Positions 10,134 to 20,297 of a stretch of DNA of 64,000 nucleotides are shown in pieces. The notes beneath the pieces are model-generated. The model was not told the DNA's origin, ran no database searches, and saw nothing but the letters and a program-made list of their open reading frames with translations. Source of the stretch: an uncultured Chloroflexia bacterium (GTDB lineage: Bacteria; Chloroflexota; Dehalococcoidia; UBA2979); contig CAVSIV010000006.1 in NCBI GenBank assembly GCA_963728205.1, forward strand, positions 1-64,000. Reading direction: 5' to 3'. How positions within the stretch are numbered: position 1 is the stretch's first letter; the number at the start of each line of letters is the position of its first letter. A program made the position numbers and the translations under genes.

Positions 10134-11204
10134 GTGGTCGGCGTACTCAGGCGCCCGGGCGCTACACCCGACTCCAGCACTGCCGGGCTCCGCGTCGCGG
10201 TGGTCGGGACCGGCTACTGGGGCCCGAACCTCATCCGCAACTTCGTCGAGTCGCCGGGGTCAAGCGTGCACACGGTGTGCGACCTCAGCGAGACCCGACT
10301 CGCCGGCATCGGGCGACGCTATCCCACGATCCGGCTGTCGACCGACTACGACGACGTGCTCGCCGACCCGGCGGTGGACGCGGTGATCATCGCGACGCCG
10401 GTCGCGACCCACTACGAGCTGGCGCGTCGCGCGCTCGAGGCCGGGAAGCACGTGTGGGTCGAGAAGCCGCTGTCGCTCAACCACGCCGACGCGATGCGAC
10501 TGACCGAGCTCGCCGCTCGCAGGCACCTGGTGCTGATGGTCGACCACACGTTCGTGTACACGTCGGCCGTGCGTGCGATGCGGGCGCGGATCGAGTCGGG
10601 CGAGCTGGGCTCGCTCCTCTACTACGACTCCGTGCGCGTGAACCTCGGGCTGTACCAGCACGACACCAACGTGATCTGGGACCTCGCGATCCACGACGTC
10701 GGGATCCTGGACTACCTCGTGCCGTTCCGGCCGATCGCGGTGTCGGCGACCGGTGCCTGCCAGATCGGGTCGGGCAGCCACACCGAGAGCATGGCGTATC
10801 TCACGCTCCACTTCGCCGAGCACTTCATCGCGCACTTCCACGTGAACTGGCTCGCGCCGGTGAAGCTGCGTCTGACCACGCTGTGCGGCGCGAACCGCAT
10901 GATCGTCTACGACGACACCGTCGCCGACGAAAAGGTGCGCATCTACGACCGCGGCGTCGTCGTGAGCGACGACGACGCGGACCGCACGCGTCTGCAGGTG
11001 GACTACCGCACGGGCGACATGCATGCCCCGCGGCTCGATTCGACCGAAGCGCTCCAGGTGGCGGCACGGCACTTCGCCGACTGCGTGGAGCGCGGGGTCG
11101 CCCCGTTGACGGACGGCGAGGCCGGCAGCCGCGCGGTCGCGGTGCTGGCGGCGGCGGACGAGTCACTGAAGGCCGGCGGCCGGCCGTGCAAGGTTTCAGG
11201 CTAA
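10134..11204 (+). CDS. Gfo/Idh/MocA oxidoreductase (NDP-sugar dehydrogenase, WbpB-like)
   Basis: VGTGYWG, HVWVEKP, DLAIHD; GGAGG RBS before GTG 10134. Confidence 0.9.
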   Translation: MVGVLRRPGATPDSSTAGLRVAVVGTGYWGPNLIRNFVESPGSSVHTVCDLSETRLAGIGRRYPTIRLSTDYDDVLADPAVDAVIIATPVATHYELARRALEAGKHVWVEKPLSLNHADAMRLTELAARRHLVLMVDHTFVYTSAVRAMRARIESGELGSLLYYDSVRVNLGLYQHDTNVIWDLAIHDVGILDYLVPFRPIAVSATGACQIGSGSHTESMAYLTLHFAEHFIAHFHVNWLAPVKLRLTTLCGANRMIVYDDTVADEKVRIYDRGVVVSDDDADRTRLQVDYRTGDMHAPRLDSTEALQVAARHFADCVERGVAPLTDGEAGSRAVAVLAAADESLKAGGRPCKVSG

Positions 11205-11206
11205 GG

Positions 11207-12331
11207 ATGAATCCGATGATTCCGCTCGTCGACATTGCGGCGCAGCACGCCGAGACCGCGGCGGAGGCCGAGCGTCGCGTCCTGGACGTGCTGCGCGGTG
11301 GGCAGTACGTCGGCGGTCCAGAGGTCGCGACGTTCGAGTCCGAGTTCGCGGCGTTCTGCGGGGTGGAGCACGGCGTGGCCGTGAACTCCGGCACCGCGGC
11401 GCTGCACGTGGCGCTGCTGGCGCTCGGCGTCGGCACCGGTGATGAGGTCATCACCGTCGCGCACACGTTCGCGGCCACCGCGGAGGCGATCGTGGCGACC
11501 GGCGCCGCGCCCGTCTTCGTCGACATCGATCCCGAGACGTACACCATGGACCCGGAGCAGCTGTGCGCGGCGATCACGCCTCGCACGCGCGCGATCCTTC
11601 CGGTGCACCTGTACGGCCAGATGGCCTCGATGGACAGGATCCTCGAGATCGCCGGCGCCCACGGCCTGCCGGTGGTCGAGGACGCGTGCCAGGCGCACGG
11701 CGCGCTGCTCGGCGGCCGGCGCGCCGGCGCGATGGGGAGCATCGGCTGCTTCAGCTTCTACCCCAGCAAGAACCTGGGCTCGGCGGGCGAGGGCGGAATG
11801 GCCGTCACGAACTCGCCCGAGCTGGCGGCCCGCATGCGGCAGCTCGCCGATCACGGACAATCGCGGCGCTACGAGCACGCGGTCGTCGGCTACAACTACC
11901 GGCTCCCGGCGATCCAGGCGGCGGTCCTGCGCGTGAAGCTGCCTCATCTCGACGCGTGGAACGCGCGGCGCGTGGCAATCGCGGCGGTCTATGGGGACGC
12001 GCTGGCCGACACCGGGCTCGCGCTCCCGACGGTCGCCGCCGGCGCCGAGCACGTGTACCACCTCTACGTCGTCGGCACGCCGCAGCGCGACGCGCTGGCC
12101 GCGCGGCTGCACGAGCACGGAGTGGCGACGGGGCTCCACTACCCGATCCCGGTCCACCTGCAACCCGCATTCGCCGGCTCCCGCACGGTCGGCGACCTCC
12201 CGCACACGGTGAAGGCCGCGCGCGAGGTGCTTTCCCTGCCGATGTACCCGCAGCTGACCCACGACCAGGTCGAATGCGTCGCGACGCAAGTGCGCGCGCT
12301 CACCACGGAGCCCGCCGCCGCGCCGCGCTGA
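11207..12331 (+). CDS. DegT/DnrJ/EryC1/StrS aminotransferase
   Basis: NSGTAAL, EDACQAHG, FSFYPSKNLG (PLP Lys). Confidence 0.95.
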   Translation: MNPMIPLVDIAAQHAETAAEAERRVLDVLRGGQYVGGPEVATFESEFAAFCGVEHGVAVNSGTAALHVALLALGVGTGDEVITVAHTFAATAEAIVATGAAPVFVDIDPETYTMDPEQLCAAITPRTRAILPVHLYGQMASMDRILEIAGAHGLPVVEDACQAHGALLGGRRAGAMGSIGCFSFYPSKNLGSAGEGGMAVTNSPELAARMRQLADHGQSRRYEHAVVGYNYRLPAIQAAVLRVKLPHLDAWNARRVAIAAVYGDALADTGLALPTVAAGAEHVYHLYVVGTPQRDALAARLHEHGVATGLHYPIPVHLQPAFAGSRTVGDLPHTVKAAREVLSLPMYPQLTHDQVECVATQVRALTTEPAAAPR

Positions 12332-12379
12332 CGACGGACACCCAGCCACGACGCGAAACGAAGACCACGGAGTTGTGCC

Positions 12380-13375
12380 ATGACCGACACCGCATCCGTC
12401 GACCTGCACGGCGCCCGCATCCTGATCACGGGGGGCGCCGGCTTCATCGGCTCGACCATCGCCGACCAGGTCCTCGCCGCCGGCGCCGAACGCGTCGTCG
12501 TGATCGACGACCTCGTGCGCGGACGGGGGGAGAACCTCGCCGCCGCGATGGGAACAGGCCGCCTCGACCTGCACGTGGGCGACATCCGCGACCGCGCGCT
12601 CGTGTCGCGCCTCACCGCCGGCGTCGACGTCGTCTTCCACCAGGCGGCGCTGCGCATCACGCACTGCGCGGAGGAGCCGGTGCGGGCCGTCGAGGTCATG
12701 GTCAACGGCACGCAGCACGTGCTCGAGGCCGCGGTCGAGCACCGCGTGCAGAAGGTGCTGGCGGCGTCGAGCGCGTCGGTGTACGGCGAGCCCAGCGCGC
12801 TGCCGATGGACGAGGGGCACCCGTTCAACAACCGCACGCTCTACGGCGCCTGCAAGATCGGCAACGAGCAGATGCTGCGCGCCTACGCGGAGATGCACGG
12901 CCTGCGCTACGTGGCGCTGCGGCCGTTCAACGTCTACGGGCCGCGCATGGACATCCACGGCGTCTACACCGAGGTGATGATCCGCTGGCTCGAGCGCATC
13001 GCACGCGGGGAGCCGCCGATCATCTTCGGCGACGGCTCGCAGACGATGGACTTCGTGTCGGTGACGGACGTCGCCCGCGCGTACCTGCTCGCGGCGGCGG
13101 CAGACGTGACCGACGACGTCTTCAACGTGGGGTCCGGCACGCAGACCAGCCTCCGCGAGCTCTGCCGGCTGGTGACGGAGGCCGCGGGCCGCCCCGACCT
13201 GGAACCGGTGTTCATGCCGCCGCGCGCGGTGAACCCGGTCGCGCGCCGGCAGGCCGGGGTTCAGAAGGCGCGGGACTGCATCGGCTTCACGGCGCGGCTC
13301 GGCCTCGCCGAGGGCCTGCGCGAGCTGGTGGCGTGGCATGCGGCGGCGACGCGGGACGCGGCGGCCGTCTCATGA
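12380..13375 (+). CDS. NAD-dependent epimerase/dehydratase
   Basis: TGGAGFIG, SSASVYG, YGACK, FNVYGP. Confidence 0.95.
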   Translation: MTDTASVDLHGARILITGGAGFIGSTIADQVLAAGAERVVVIDDLVRGRGENLAAAMGTGRLDLHVGDIRDRALVSRLTAGVDVVFHQAALRITHCAEEPVRAVEVMVNGTQHVLEAAVEHRVQKVLAASSASVYGEPSALPMDEGHPFNNRTLYGACKIGNEQMLRAYAEMHGLRYVALRPFNVYGPRMDIHGVYTEVMIRWLERIARGEPPIIFGDGSQTMDFVSVTDVARAYLLAAAADVTDDVFNVGSGTQTSLRELCRLVTEAAGRPDLEPVFMPPRAVNPVARRQAGVQKARDCIGFTARLGLAEGLRELVAWHAAATRDAAAVS

Positions 13376-14514
13376 TCCCCATCACTCGTCCGGCGGTCGG
13401 CGAGGAGGAAGCGGCGGCCGCGGCGCAGGCCGTGCGCTCCGGGTGGCTCTCCCAGGGCGAGCGCGTCCAGGAGTTCGAGGCGGCCGTCGCCGCCTACGTG
13501 GGCGCGGAGCATGCCGTCGCGACCACGAACTGCACGACGGCGCTGCACCTCGCGCTGATCGCCGCCGGCGTGCGGCCCGGCGACGAGGTGATCTGCCCCT
13601 CGCTCTCCTTCATTGCGACGGCGAACGCGATCGTCCATGCCGGCGCGACACCGGTCTTCGCCGACGTCGATCCGCGCACGTACAACATCGACGTCGCACG
13701 CATCGAGTCGCTGATCACGTCGCGCACGAGCGCGATTGTGCCGGTGGACCAGATCGGCCTCGCCGCGGACATCGACGGCGTGCTCGAGATCGCGCGACGC
13801 CACGGCCTGCGCGTCGTAGAGGACGCGGCGCCGTCGCTCGGGGCGACCCTCGGCGACCGGCGCGTCGGCGGACTGAGCGACTTCACGTGCTTCAGCTTCC
13901 ACCCGCGCAAGAGCATCACGACCGGCGAGGGCGGCGTGATCACGACGAACGACGCGGCCGCGGCCGAACGCCTGCGCAGCATCCGTTCGCACGGCGCGTC
14001 GACCTCGGATCTCGCGCGCCACCAGAGCGGAACCGTCGACTTCGAGGAGTACCGGGAGCTCGGCTACAACTACCGCATGACCGACATCCAGGGAGCGATC
14101 GGCGTCGTGCAGATGCGCCACCTGGACGGCGTGATCGCGGCCCGCCGGCGGCTCGCCGAGCGCTACACGGCGCTGCTGGCCGGCGACCCGCGCGTGGAGA
14201 CGCCATACGCGCCCGCGGACCGGCGACACACCTATCAGTCGTACTGCGTGCGGCTGCGGACGACGCGCGACCGCGCGGCGATCATGGCCGACCTCGCGGC
14301 GGAGGGCATCGCGACGCGCCGCGGCGTGATGGCCATCCACCTCGAGCCCTTCTACCGCCGGCGGCTGCCCGAGCTCACGCTGCCGCAGACCGAGCGCGCG
14401 GCCGCCGAGACGCTGCTGCTGCCGGTATACGTCGGGATGACGGACGCGGAGCAGGACCGCGTCGTGGAGGCGCTGCAACGGCAGCTGGGAGCGGCGCAGC
14501 GGGGTGCCGCGTGA
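13372..14514 (+). CDS. Second DegT-family aminotransferase
   Basis: NCTTALH, EDAA, FSFHPRKSITTGEGG; ATGA overlap. Confidence 0.95.
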   Translation: MIPITRPAVGEEEAAAAAQAVRSGWLSQGERVQEFEAAVAAYVGAEHAVATTNCTTALHLALIAAGVRPGDEVICPSLSFIATANAIVHAGATPVFADVDPRTYNIDVARIESLITSRTSAIVPVDQIGLAADIDGVLEIARRHGLRVVEDAAPSLGATLGDRRVGGLSDFTCFSFHPRKSITTGEGGVITTNDAAAAERLRSIRSHGASTSDLARHQSGTVDFEEYRELGYNYRMTDIQGAIGVVQMRHLDGVIAARRRLAERYTALLAGDPRVETPYAPADRRHTYQSYCVRLRTTRDRAAIMADLAAEGIATRRGVMAIHLEPFYRRRLPELTLPQTERAAAETLLLPVYVGMTDAEQDRVVEALQRQLGAAQRGAA

Positions 14515-15014
14515 TCGACCCCACGGCGCGCATCCATCCGCTCGCCAACGTGGAGCCCGGCGCCGAGGTGGGGCCGCGCACCGCCGTATGGCAGTTCGCC
14601 ACCGTGCGCCGCGGCGGCCGCGTCGGCGCCGATTGCGTGCTCGGCCAGGGGGCCTTCGTCGACACCGACGCCGTGATCGGCGACCGCTGCAAGCTCGAGA
14701 ACTACGTGTGCGCGCATCGCGGGGCGCGCGTGGAGGACGAGGTCTTTCTGGGCCCGCGGGTGATCCTCGCGAACGACCACTGGCCGCGCGCGACGAACCC
14801 CGACGGCAGCCTCAAGCAGGACTCCGACTGGCGCTGCGAGGGGGTGCGCATCGGGCGCCGCGCGAGCGTCGGCGCGGGGGCCGTTGTCCTGCCCGGGGTG
14901 TCGGTCGGCGCCGGCGCGATGATCGGCGCCGGGGCCGTGGTCACCCGCGACGTGGATCCCGGCGCGATCGCGGTGGGGACCCCGGCCCGCACCGTGGGGA
15001 CCGCGACAGACTGA
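14511..15014 (+). CDS. Hexapeptide-repeat N-acetyltransferase (WbpD-like)
   Basis: IHPLA.VEPGA, FLGP...NDHWPRA, VGTPAR; GTGA overlap. Confidence 0.9.
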   Translation: MIDPTARIHPLANVEPGAEVGPRTAVWQFATVRRGGRVGADCVLGQGAFVDTDAVIGDRCKLENYVCAHRGARVEDEVFLGPRVILANDHWPRATNPDGSLKQDSDWRCEGVRIGRRASVGAGAVVLPGVSVGAGAMIGAGAVVTRDVDPGAIAVGTPARTVGTATD

Positions 15015-15029
15015 GGAGAGCGGCTCGCC

Positions 15030-16220
15030 GTGGACCACCGACTGTCGCGCATCCTGCTGGTCGTCCAGTCCGTGAGCCCCGGGGGCATGGAGGCGCACGC
15101 GGTCGACCTGGCGGCGGAGTTCGCCGGCCGGGGACATGCGGTCGCGGCCGTCGCCACGACGGAGGCGCTCGCCGCGCGGTTCGCGGCCGCCGGCGCCGAG
15201 GCCACGGTGGTCGCGACCGACGCGCGCGGGGGGCGCATCGCGGAGCTGCGCGGCGCCTGGCGGTTCGTCCGGCTGCTGCGGTCGTGGCGTCCGGACGTCG
15301 TGCACCTGCACACAGGTGGAGCCACCGGGGGCCTGCTGGTGGTCGCGCTCGCTCGCCTCGCGACGCACGCCACGGTCGTGCACACCGAGCACGACGTGCC
15401 GGCCGCGCAGCCGGCGAGATGGCGCGCGCGGCTGCTGAAGCGCGTGTCCGACCTCAGCTGTCACGCGCTGGTGGCGGTGTCGCGGCGCAACGCCGGCATC
15501 CGCCAGGAGCGCCTCCCGGTGTCGGCGCACAAGGTCGCGGCGGTGCTCAACGGGGTGCCGTCGCCCCGCGTGGAACCCGTGCCCGACCCCGCGCTGCGGG
15601 TGTCGACGCGCTCGCTGCTCCGCATTCCGACCGACGCCGTGGTGGTGGGAAGCGTCGTGCGGCTGGCCGCCAACAAGGGCATCCCCGACCTGATCCGCGC
15701 CTTCGCGATGACGCGCGCGGAGCCTCCCCCCGTGCTGCTCCTCGTCGGCGACGGCCCGTTGCGCGGGGAGGCGGAGACCCTGGCGCGCGAGCTGGGCGTC
15801 GACGAGCGGGTGCGCTTCGCGGGGTTCCGGGCGAACCCGGTGCCCTACCTCGACGCGATGGACGTCTTCGCGCTGGCGGTGCCGAGCGGCTCGATGTCGA
15901 TCGCGCTGCTCGAGGCGATGGTCCGCGCGCTGCCGCCGGTGATCACCTTCTGCGGGCCCGAGGAGGCCGTGGTGGACGGCGAGACGGGGCTGAGCGCGCT
16001 GCCCGGTGACCCCGCGGACCTGGCGCGCGCGCTCCAGGCGCTCATCGACGACGCGGCGCTGCGGGAGCGGCTGGGCGCGGCGGCGGCGGTGGCGGCACGC
16101 CACCAGTTCTCGGTGGCGCGGGTCGCCAACGACCTGCTGGAGATCTACGCGACGGCGGGCGCTTCGCCGCTTCCCGCCCGCCTGCGCGCGGACCGTCCGG
16201 TCGCTCGCGGAGCCCTCTGA
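15030..16220 (+). CDS. GT4 glycosyltransferase
   Basis: GGME, KG..DLIRAF, VGDGP, LLEAM. Confidence 0.9.
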   Translation: MDHRLSRILLVVQSVSPGGMEAHAVDLAAEFAGRGHAVAAVATTEALAARFAAAGAEATVVATDARGGRIAELRGAWRFVRLLRSWRPDVVHLHTGGATGGLLVVALARLATHATVVHTEHDVPAAQPARWRARLLKRVSDLSCHALVAVSRRNAGIRQERLPVSAHKVAAVLNGVPSPRVEPVPDPALRVSTRSLLRIPTDAVVVGSVVRLAANKGIPDLIRAFAMTRAEPPPVLLLVGDGPLRGEAETLARELGVDERVRFAGFRANPVPYLDAMDVFALAVPSGSMSIALLEAMVRALPPVITFCGPEEAVVDGETGLSALPGDPADLARALQALIDDAALRERLGAAAAVAARHQFSVARVANDLLEIYATAGASPLPARLRADRPVARGAL

Positions 16221-16403
16221 AGACCAGCGCGCTGGGAGCGCGAACCGGGCGCCCGCCTCGGCGCACGCAACGAGCTTCACCGAACAACTCACTTGCAGCG
16301 CGCTGAGAAACTACGCCCCGCACCTCACGCCGAGTCGTGATGTGTTAGATTGCATTCGTCATCGACCGAGACTCGGTGTTGAACCGGCGAGTTGACTGCG
16401 ATG

Positions 16404-16433
16404 TTATCCACAACAGATCTCCGGTTATCCACA
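16404..16433 (+). promoter_or_regulatory. Two perfect DnaA boxes in tandem
   Basis: TTATCCACA at 16404-16412 and 16425-16433 in an AT-richer intergenic region. Confidence 0.6.
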
Positions 16434-16695
16434 TCCCGCTATCCGGCGACACCGCCGAGGCGACCTGTGATGTTTGCCTCGACGCAGTACTGGGCAAGTC
16501 AGCCGCCCGCTCGGCTGTCGGGGAACACTGGGGCTTGTGAGTCATGAGAAAAAAGGCAACAAGATCTCTCACTACTAATTATTTTCACACATGTTGGAGC
16601 GGGGAGCATTTCGTCACCAGAGCGACACGAATGCTTCACCTCTAACGCTTTTCTTACGCATCAGCAACCGATGACCTAGCTTCGAGGTGGCGGCG

Positions 16696-17091
16696 ATGCT
16701 GATTCTCTTGATTGACGACGACACGGAGTACGCAGAGCTGAGTGCGGAGACGCTGCGGGGCGACTCGCACGAGGTCATCATCGCGAACAGCACACGCGCG
16801 GCGGAGCGCGTCCTGGCGACGGGTGGTCCGCAGTGCGCGGTGCTCGACGTGATGGAAAACGGCGACGGTCTCAGGTTCGCGCGGGCGCTGCGCGAACGGG
16901 CGAACGACCTGCCGATCGTGTTCGTGTCGCGCTCCCCCAGCGACCGCGACCTGCTGGCGGCGTACGAGGCCGGCGCGGACGACTTCATCACGAAGCCGTT
17001 CAGCCCGCGCGAGCTGATTCTGCGAATACGCGCGGTGGCCCGCCGGTACGAGCGCGCGATCGAGGTACCACGACAGCGAGTGGCCTCGTAA
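16696..17091 (+). CDS. Receiver-only response regulator
   Basis: LIDDD, AVLD, GADDFITKPF; no output domain. Confidence 0.85.
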   Translation: MLILLIDDDTEYAELSAETLRGDSHEVIIANSTRAAERVLATGGPQCAVLDVMENGDGLRFARALRERANDLPIVFVSRSPSDRDLLAAYEAGADDFITKPFSPRELILRIRAVARRYERAIEVPRQRVAS

Positions 17092-17685
17092 TTCGCGCGG
17101 GCGACTGGCACGCCCCCACACAAGATGTGCGGGTTTCGTCCGATGCGATCGGTAGCGGGTCGGGACCTTCGCCTCGGGCCGCGCGGTCATAGGTCGGGGA
17201 AGCGAGCCGACGATGGTCCCTAGGCTCGCTGCGCGACCCCGCGCGATCATCCGCAGCACTCCCCCAGGCGTCGGAAGGGTGACGGAGGGGGGACAGGGCC
17301 GGGGTTGGCGACTTCTTGCCAAGCTGATCATGTTCGTGGACCGGAGACTCTCGGGCGCCAACGATCACGCTGGCGTTCGCCCCCGGCATCTACGCGGACA
17401 TGGTCGCGATCATGGCCGGCGCTGTTGCGTCGGGTCATGGCGCAGAGCCTGTCCCATCGCTCCTCATCCGTCTCGATTCCTGCCACCTCGATCTCGCATG
17501 GTCGGCGGCGTAGTCGTGCACTCAACCACCCCCCCATTTCGTCAGGTAGCACCACCTCTCACCGTGGAGCGGAGGTGCCGTCACACGCCGCATCGGCACC
17601 AATGCGAAACCAATGCTTAACAATTGAACGGTTTGATTGCAGCGCAACAAAGCCGCCCCCGACTTCCACCGAGGTAAGACCGCCG

Positions 17686-18420
17686 ATGTTGGTACTCCTG
17701 GTCGACGACGACACCCAGTACGCGGAGATGAGCGCCGAGGCGCTGCGCAGCGACTCTCACCAGGTGATCATCGCCAACAGCATCCACGCGGCCAACCGCG
17801 TGCTGGAGACCGGCGGCCCGACGTGCGCCGTGCTCGACAAGATGGAGGACGGCGGCGGGCTGGAGTTCGCCCGCTCGCTGCGAGCGCGCGGGCTCGACCT
17901 GCCAATCGTCTTCATCGCCCGCACGCCCAGCGACCGGGACCTCATCGCGGCATACGGTGCGGGCGCCGATGACTTCCTCACGAAGCCCTTTAATCCCCGC
18001 GAGCTGATCCTCCGCGTGCGTGCCGTGACGCGGCGGTGCCAGTGCGAGCCCGTCGCTCGCCGGCAGGCCCCCGTCGCGACCGTCGCGCACGACGACGCCG
18101 TCGCATGGGACAGCAGCGACGAGCGCCCGCTCTCGCGGCGACCGGCGCTGTCGTTCGTCGACGGCTCCGTGCACCTGGACGGACGCGATCTCAACTGCAC
18201 GCCGCTCGAGGCCGACATCCTGCGAGCGCTGGCCTGGGTGCCGGGGCAGGTGCTGACCTACGAGCTCCTCAACGAGCGCGTCTGGGGTTACCCGGAGGGT
18301 CCGGGCGGAGCGCTCCTCAAGGGACACGTGTCGTCGCTCCGCCGCAAGCTGAAGGAAGCCGGCGGGCTGGAGTGCCTGATCCGGACGGTCCGCGGCGTCG
18401 GATACGCCTACGCGGAGTAA
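17686..18420 (+). CDS. OmpR-family response regulator
   Basis: LVDDD...KPF receiver plus winged helix (VWG, HVSSLRRKL, TVRGVGY). Confidence 0.9.
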   Translation: MLVLLVDDDTQYAEMSAEALRSDSHQVIIANSIHAANRVLETGGPTCAVLDKMEDGGGLEFARSLRARGLDLPIVFIARTPSDRDLIAAYGAGADDFLTKPFNPRELILRVRAVTRRCQCEPVARRQAPVATVAHDDAVAWDSSDERPLSRRPALSFVDGSVHLDGRDLNCTPLEADILRALAWVPGQVLTYELLNERVWGYPEGPGGALLKGHVSSLRRKLKEAGGLECLIRTVRGVGYAYAE

Positions 18421-18454
18421 GAGCGCGAGCGAACATTGGGGCGGGGGGCCAACC

Positions 18455-19171
18455 ATGCATGTGCAGATCATCGATCGCGACGAGGTCGCGGCGCGCGTGC
18501 TCGCGTACGCCGCGCGCCGCCAGGGGCATACGCCGTCAGTGGTGCTGGGGGTCGATGACCTGCCCGCACGCTCGCCGACGCGTCCCGCGGCATGTGTGCT
18601 GTCGCTGCCCGAGGACGAGGTCCGCCCGCTCGACGTCGTGCGCATGATCCAGGCGCGGTATCCGCAGACCTGCCTGCTGGTGACGCTCGGGCGGTCGCAG
18701 GAGGCCCTGACCCTGCCGCTGCTCGCACTCGGCGTGCAGGACGTGCTGTGCTCCCCGTTCGATCCGCGCGAGGCGATCGTGCGCCTCGAGCTCCGCGCCC
18801 GCACGCAGGGCCCGGCCGCGGGCGAGCGGGACGTGGTCACCGTCGGCGACCTGCTGGTCGACCTCAGCGGCTACGTGGCGCGCAAAAACGGCACCGTGCT
18901 GCGACTGACGAAGCTCGAACTGCGGCTCCTCTTCGCGCTCGCGATTCGCAAGAACAGCGTCACGCCCACGGACCGCCTGCTCACGTTCGGCTGGGACACG
19001 ACGGAACCGCCGGTGTCGTCGCTCCTCAAGACGCACATCTCCCACCTCCGCGTGAAGCTCGCGCGCGCCGGCGGAGCGCCGGTCCGCATCGAGCCGCGGC
19101 ACTCGCTGGGCTACGCGCTCGTGTACGACGAGTTGGAGGCCGAGGGGCGGCTGGAGGCCCCCGCGAGCTGA
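18455..19171 (+). CDS. OmpR-family regulator with degenerate receiver
   Basis: LTKLE..LL, THISHLRVKL, LGY; phospho-Asp position reads CVLSLP and the conserved Lys is missing (LCSPF). Confidence 0.85.
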   Translation: MHVQIIDRDEVAARVLAYAARRQGHTPSVVLGVDDLPARSPTRPAACVLSLPEDEVRPLDVVRMIQARYPQTCLLVTLGRSQEALTLPLLALGVQDVLCSPFDPREAIVRLELRARTQGPAAGERDVVTVGDLLVDLSGYVARKNGTVLRLTKLELRLLFALAIRKNSVTPTDRLLTFGWDTTEPPVSSLLKTHISHLRVKLARAGGAPVRIEPRHSLGYALVYDELEAEGRLEAPAS

Positions 19172-19349
19172 GCCGCCGACCCGCTGACCGGCATGCGCGG
19201 CCGCGGTGAAACCCCGCGCCGAACCGCGACGCGCCCCCCGCCGCCAGAATGGGTGACGGAGCGCGCGTGACGCGGGGCCGATTGAGCGCCGGGCCGTGCG
19301 CGCGCGGCGCATCCACCGACACTCCACCCGCACACCGAACGCCGCATCC

Positions 19350-20297
19350 CTACGCCGTGACCGAGGCCTCCGGCCGCAGTGCCCAGCGCCGGGCGTCGAC
19401 GCCCGGGCGGCGCATCGCGTAGCCGAACCGACGGGTGCGCGCGTCGAACATCGCCTCGAGCGCTCGCAGGTACGGCGCACCGAGGGGGGATCGACGCCGC
19501 CGCTGCCAGCGATCGAAGTAGCGGTCGTTGTACGCGGGATCCAGCTGCGACGGCTCCAGCGGCCGGGACAGCGCGAGGAACTCGGACACCGTCGCGGCCA
19601 CCCCCGCCGGATCGCCCACGAGCGACTCGTACGGCAGCACCAGCAGGCGCCGAATGTGCGGCGCGTCTGCGTCGAGCAGCGCATGCGCGCGCACCCAGTG
19701 CCGCAGGAGGGCGTGCAGCGACGTCCGCGACCACTTCTGCGTCGCGAGCGAGACCGCGATGGGATGCCGGATGACCACGATGAACGACGCCTCCGGGAAC
19801 AGCGCCTGCAGGAAGCGCGTGCGCACGATGTTCTCGGGCGTCTTCTCGACCAGCACCGGCCGCTCGAGGTCCCAGTACGGCCCCCAGCTCCCGAGCAGGC
19901 GCTCGGCGTTCGCCGGCGAGACCAGCGGCGAGTGTTCCGTGAAGTGGGCCGCCGGGTCGAAGGCAAAGCGGCCGGGTGACTTTGCCCAGTCGCTCCCCGC
20001 CCGCCCCGGGAGCCGCTGGAACCAGCCGTACCGCGCGGGCAGGCCCGTCCAGTCGGCCCAGGGGTAGAGGCGCACGTGCCGCGGATCCAGCGCCGGGTAG
20101 ACCGACTGCAGGAACTGGCCCTCGTCCTCGGTGACGCCCGTCTGCGCGAAGCCGCTCACGTCCGGGTGCCCGGCGAGCCATTGCGCGAACCTGGTGGTCC
20201 CGCTCCGGTGCAGGCCGCCGACGAACACAAGCCGGTGCGTCGGCGCGGGCACCACCGAGCCGGCGTCGAGACGCTCCCGCGGGCTACTCGCAGACAT
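19350..20297 (-). CDS. PAPS-dependent sulfotransferase
   Basis: FVGGLHRSGTT (5'-PSB loop), EKTP, IRHPIAVSLA, YESLV. Confidence 0.9.
   Translation of the reverse strand: MSASSPRERLDAGSVVPAPTHRLVFVGGLHRSGTTRFAQWLAGHPDVSGFAQTGVTEDEGQFLQSVYPALDPRHVRLYPWADWTGLPARYGWFQRLPGRAGSDWAKSPGRFAFDPAAHFTEHSPLVSPANAERLLGSWGPYWDLERPVLVEKTPENIVRTRFLQALFPEASFIVVIRHPIAVSLATQKWSRTSLHALLRHWVRAHALLDADAPHIRRLLVLPYESLVGDPAGVAATVSEFLALSRPLEPSQLDPAYNDRYFDRWQRRRRSPLGAPYLRALEAMFDARTRRFGYAMRRPGVDARRWALRPEASVTA

Noticed and set aside
16404-16592. Chromosomal oriC
   Set aside because: Only two DnaA boxes and no origin-proximal genes; kept only as a possible regulatory site.
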